Origin: Cirrosporium novae-zelandiae
Taxonomy: Eukaryota
Reading direction: 5' to 3'
Length of the DNA: 64,000 bases
Assembly: GCA_026023565.1 (NCBI GenBank)
Contig: JAPETS010000003.1
Span: 1,302,001-1,366,000, forward strand
In this document: piece by piece, positions 59,394-64,000 of the stretch
How positions within the stretch are numbered: the first letter of the stretch is position 1
Layout of the letters: every line of letters starts with the position of its first letter
Translations under genes and position numbers: made by a program
Notes under the pieces: generated by a model
The model's database searches: none
What the model saw: only the letters and a program-made list of their open reading frames with translations
What the model was told of the DNA's origin: nothing

Positions 59394-61664
59394 ATGGCAT
59401 CTGCAATCTTCTTTCTCGACCTGAAGGGCAAGGCAAGCAGCCAGATTCCCTAGAGTCCTTTCAATGTATTCTAACCCCTCTGCTATAGACTCTTCTTGCC
59501 CGGAACTATCGAGGAGATATTCCTATGTCCGCAGTGGAGAAGTTCCCCATGCTTCTCAGCGAGGCCGAAGAAGAGAGCTCTGCAGTCCCACCATGCTTCT
59601 CCAACGAAGGAATCAATGTCGGTCACCTCTATTACGCCTTAACTGTCATTGGAATACATTGGTACCCCTAAAGGAATAGGCTGGCTGATATGTCTCCGAA
59701 AACCAGTATCTTTACATCCGCCATAACAACCTTTATCTCCTGGCCCTAACCAAACGCAATACCAATGCCGCCGAAATTCTCCTCTTCCTCCATAAAATTG
59801 TCGAAGTCTTTACAGAATACTTCAAAGAGCTAGAGGAAGAGAGTATACGAGATAACTTTGTTATTATTTATGAACTCCTCGACGAGATGATGGACTTCGG
59901 TTATCCTCAGACAACCGAGAGCAAGATACTACAAGAGTTCGCCTGCCTTCATACAGATCCATTGGTCCCCTGCGTCTGTTTTATATGAGATTGAAATGGA
60001 GACTGAGCCATCGTACCAGATACATCACCCAAGAATCCCACAAACTCGAAATTCAGGCTCGCCCTCCCATAGCTGTCACCAACGCCGTCTCCTGGCGTAG
60101 CGAAGGAATACGATATCGCAAGAACGAAGTCTTCCTTGACGTGATTGAGTCGCTGAATCTCCTGGTTTCCTCAAACGGCAATGTTCTCCGCTCTGAAATC
60201 CTCGGCGCCATAAAAATGAAATGTTATCTGAGTGGTATGCCTGAGCTACGGCTTGGGTTGAACGACAAAGTCATGTTTGAGACCACAGGAAGAGTAACGA
60301 GAGGGAAAGCTGTAGAGATGGAAGACGTCAAATTTCATCAATGTGTGAGGTTGTCGCGATTTGAGAATGATCGAACTATTAGCTTTATCCCTCCAGACGG
60401 GGAGTTCGAATTGATGAGCTACCGGTTAAATACACAAGTAAAACCGCTGATTTGGGTTGAATGCATGGTGGAATCACATTCTGGATCCAGAATAGAATAC
60501 ATGCTCAAGGTTCGTGTTCCTTTTGTATCCCTTTCGTATTCGTGCTTCAATCTCGTATCACATAAAATCCATCTCATTTCATCACGTATTACACGGATAT
60601 TGCATCAATATAAAATATACCCACGCTTATCTCTCAATTTTCATCTCCGGCCATCTCGGATTTTCCACCACTGTTGGCACGCCCCCGACCCACCTATTTA
60701 AAATATCTATGCACTATAACTTACCAACTCCATGTTCAAATCTGCAGGCCCGCGCCCAATTCAAACGCCGCAGCACAGCCAACAATGTTGAAATTCTGGT
60801 TCCAGTCCCCGAGGACGCCGACTCTCCACGCTTCCGCACTAACGTTGGCACCGTTCACTATGCCCCTGAAAAATCCGCCATCATCTGGAAAATTAAGCAG
60901 TTCGGTGGGGGTAAGGAGTTTCTAATGCGTGCCGAGCTGGGCTTACCCTCGGTGAAGGGTGATGATGAACATGGTGGAGGGATGACTGGAGGATTTGGGG
61001 GCAGTATGGGGGGGGTAGGAGGACTGGGCCAGGGAAACAAAGGAAAAAGACCAATAAGTGTCAAATTTGAGATCCCGTATTTTACGACAAGTGGGATTCA
61101 GGTTAGGTATCTGAAGATTATTGAGCCCAAGGTGCGTTTGCGACCTCCTTTTTTGGATTACATTTCGTCTCTGCTCTCCCCTTTGGGAATTTCAATCATC
61201 CCTCCCTTGTTTGGGAACTTGGTTGGTTGTTTGCTGTTTCTCTTATCCCACCCAAACCGCATCATTTTCATGCATGTATTGCATATGTCGGCCATGCAAG
61301 GACCTAGTATAGATGGCCCCCTTCCCTACCGGAGATGACTTCTTTCTCCATGGAAAAAAACAACGTACCTATGCACTTTTTCCATCAAACCTTATTTTAT
61401 TTTCCTCCTATTCTGTATTGTTGCAAGACTCTTTTACCTCCCCCCCTTCCATCTCATCCCTTGTGCCCAGGTCTTCGCTGCATAATGAGTGGATATGCGC
61501 ATGAAGATGGACTTGGAGCTAGACTCGTGTTTGTTTGATACTTGGTCCAAGGAACCGATTCTGATATGCATGATATTTTTTAGTTGCAATACCCATCTCT
61601 CCCGTGGGTGCGTTACATTACGCAATCCGGGGACATCGCCGTGCGGCTTCCAGACGTGCAGTAG
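59394..61664 (+). CDS. APM1: AP-1 adaptor complex mu subunit; 6 exons (introns 59433-59488, ~59618-59706, ~59937-60019, 60510-60747, 61132-61583)
   Basis: MASAIFFLDLKGKTLLARNYRGDI, IRDNFVIIYELLDEMMDFGYPQTTE, VSWRSEGIRYRKNEVFLDV, FEIPYFTTSGIQVRYLKI and LQYPSLPWVRYITQSGD. Confidence 0.96.
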
Positions 61665-63159
61665 GACGAGCTGAAAATTGAAATAGCAGGTATAGACCTA
61701 AATTAGTACCTGCAAGGTAAGATGAAGATGAGGATGTTACACCATGATTTGAAGATCGCCCGGTGCAGTCAGTTTCCGTATAGATAACTAGAGATGACGG
61801 GTGGGCACACTAGGAAGGGTCCAAAAGTGAGAAAAGAAAAACAAGGAATTCGCTGGTGCTGGTACTCTTGAGTGTCAATAATCCCAAACATTATTCTAAA
61901 TGGAATATGGAAGAGCCCACTTGGTGTCCCGGCATTTTAGCCGAACTGTATTTTAACCGGCATTCCCCCATCTCCCTTCCTCTCTCATCATTTCCCGAAC
62001 AGCTTACCAAACTTGCAATACATCGACCACTTTTTGGTCTACCGTTACCTGCTAGCCTAGCTATGACTCAGCCTGACTGAAACGTAGGAATAGTGGTGTA
62101 CTCTATGATGCAAGTCGGACTGGATAAGGCTACCTAGCTAACTAAAACTTGGTTTGATGCACGCCATCCATCAACATGACCATTGACCACGGACCAACTT
62201 CTCAAACCACCCTTACCCATTTCGAGAGATTATTTGATTTGAAAACTCGCTTAATCTAACCCCATTTCCCCTTCTCCCAATCCGACAAAACCGAGGAAAC
62301 TCCTCCATCCAGCATTGCATGTGGCATATAGAATAGCAATTGGCATTGTCCCGTTTGCCCTGAACAGAACCCGGGAATTTAAATTATCGGGCGAGAGCCT
62401 CAGCGAATCGTTGTCCTATTGTTGACTTGTTTTTTTTTGATTGATTTTTTTTTTCATTTTTCCATCTTGTAGTGATAACGCTTGCTTCGGCTATGTCGGG
62501 TGTAACATTTTCTTAAAAAAAAGGTTCAATTACCTTTTTAAGCGACATCGATCCAGTTCGACGTAATTAGAGTACAAGTAGAGAGGTTGGACGGGAGAAA
62601 GCTATCTAGGTACAATCTGGATACGTCGGAACGTAGACTGGTCCCCATTGTGATGGTGAATGACGCTGGAATTTTTTGCTCTGCTACTCTAAGCTCTATA
62701 AGCTCTAAGTCGTCTTTATTTAACCATTCCAACTTGGTTTCGATAAGGAAAGTTAAGAGACCAACCAGGTGACGATAACACCGAATCTGTAACCCGTGAG
62801 TGTAAAAACGTCACTACGGCGCTCGGTCCCTTGCCTTGCTGGAGGGCAGCGGCCGGAGCCTCACCTCCAAATGACGGAGTTGGAAAAACTTTAGGCTCAT
62901 TCACTTACTATTCATCGGTATAGCATAACCCACAAATCCTAAGCAGATCCATGAGAGCCGTGAATCTCTAACAACAGTTTGAAGTATAGGTCAAGATAAA
63001 GGAATAACGTCTCGTAGCGAACTGTAGTATTTAAAAACTGTTCAAGCATTGTCCGTAATCGACAGAAAAACCAAAGAGCAGAGACCGGGGGCCGGGGCCG
63101 AGATTGCAGGAGACATTTATATCCCCTAGAATGTACCACTACATCACAACCAACTTAAT

Positions 63160-63923
63160 TCACCTTAGAACTGGACCGTATGTCCCATTCTCGAAGTTCT
63201 TCCATACAGTGGAGGAATCTGGCCAGGCTCGCACAATAACCCCTCTTTTATTCTGGCCTGAATATCCTGTCAGAGCCTAATATTGGTGGGTCGGGAATAG
63301 AATTATCACTGACGACTATAAACAGAACCACGAGGCGAATACAGTCCTCTCTTGAAGCAATGTCTCACTGCAACTATGGTCTGGTCTTGTGGGACTGAAA
63401 GGGCAATTAGGGCTAGAATAACTGGGACTTCGCCCACAAGTTGTCGAGTTGCTTCGCTTTGATTATTGGTGAGTCTTTTGTGAGCGTCAACCAGAAGCTC
63501 ATTCGCCCAGGCAGGGGCTGGACTCGTAATATTAACGTGCTGATATTCTCTAGCATAACCCACGTATGCGTAGCCGTTTGCCATATGAGAGAACGAGAGA
63601 GGTTGCCAGTCGTATGTGATATCGTCAGAGGGTCTGCTGGTAGCATCATGGGGTAGAACGAAAATGAGACCAGCATTATAATACACGGAACACACATAAC
63701 AATGTTCAGAATTAGACGGAGAAGCAACACTGGTCACTTGCACCCCATTTTCCTCACTCTTCCAGTGATAGAACGTCTCTGAATTTGTGATAACTCTGCT
63801 ATCCCCCATTTTCGGCGGTCCATCTGGACTAAATTGGTTCTTGTGAGGTCGTGCGGATTCATCCTCACGTATCTCCCTGATGCTAAACTTGAAGCCCACA
63901 GGCTGTACTGACTGAGTACTCAT
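63160..63923 (-). CDS. Hypothetical protein (~235 aa); intron 63258-63313
   Basis: The 205-codon ORF splices (GTCAGT..CTGAC..CAG) to RQNKRGVIVRAWPDSSTVWKNFENGTYGPVLR*. Composition looks globular; no function recognised. Confidence 0.65.
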
Positions 63924-64000
63924 GATAAAGGTATGTTAAATGTGTTGAATGTATCAATAGAGGTGTGTAATTTCGAGAAGATCTGGAACTCGGGAGAGGC

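Noticed and set aside
1..64000. tRNA, rRNA, CRISPR, transposon or telomerase-template sequence
   Set aside because: By eye I found no cloverleaf or box A/B pair, repeat-spacer array, transposase/RT motif, terminal repeats or TAACCCTAA template. Dedicated scans (tRNAscan-SE, Infernal, RepeatMasker) would be needed to exclude them formally.

Overview
Gene-dense eukaryotic DNA from a filamentous ascomycete (Pezizomycotina), judged from the short GT-AG introns with CTRAC/CTAAT branch points and the fungal gene families. About 26 protein-coding genes can be reconstructed with splice junctions read from the sequence. In order: a 5'-truncated coiled-coil protein, two tandem C2H2 zinc-finger factors, SPT2, RPP2, RPS15, NAD(P)HX dehydratase, HPM1, cystathionine gamma-lyase, a NUFIP1/Rsa1-CCCH protein, Opi1/ccg-8, LCL2, a scramblase (AIM25-like), a GH16 glucanase, an M18 aminopeptidase, NOB1, NOP10, SEN2, RAD9/crb2, mitochondrial bL27, ELMO/CED-12, CYP53, RTT109, mitochondrial mL57, AP-1 mu and a hypothetical protein. 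The best non-obvious signal is a box C/D snoRNA (snR79-like, antisense to 18S rRNA) in an intron of the leader upstream of SEN2. It is transcribed divergently from NOP10 and is followed by a spliced uORF that stops 1 nt before the SEN2 ATG. Other leads are an in-frame NOP10 intron that re-encodes the next exon's YTLKK, a gene-like ORF broken by a TAG, paired paralogous C2H2 arrays, a weaker snoRNA candidate in the HPM1 intron and two GC-AG introns. I saw no transposon, tRNA, rRNA or CRISPR. I cannot support a wholly new system; the region is mostly conserved housekeeping. All gene names come from remembered motifs, not database searches.
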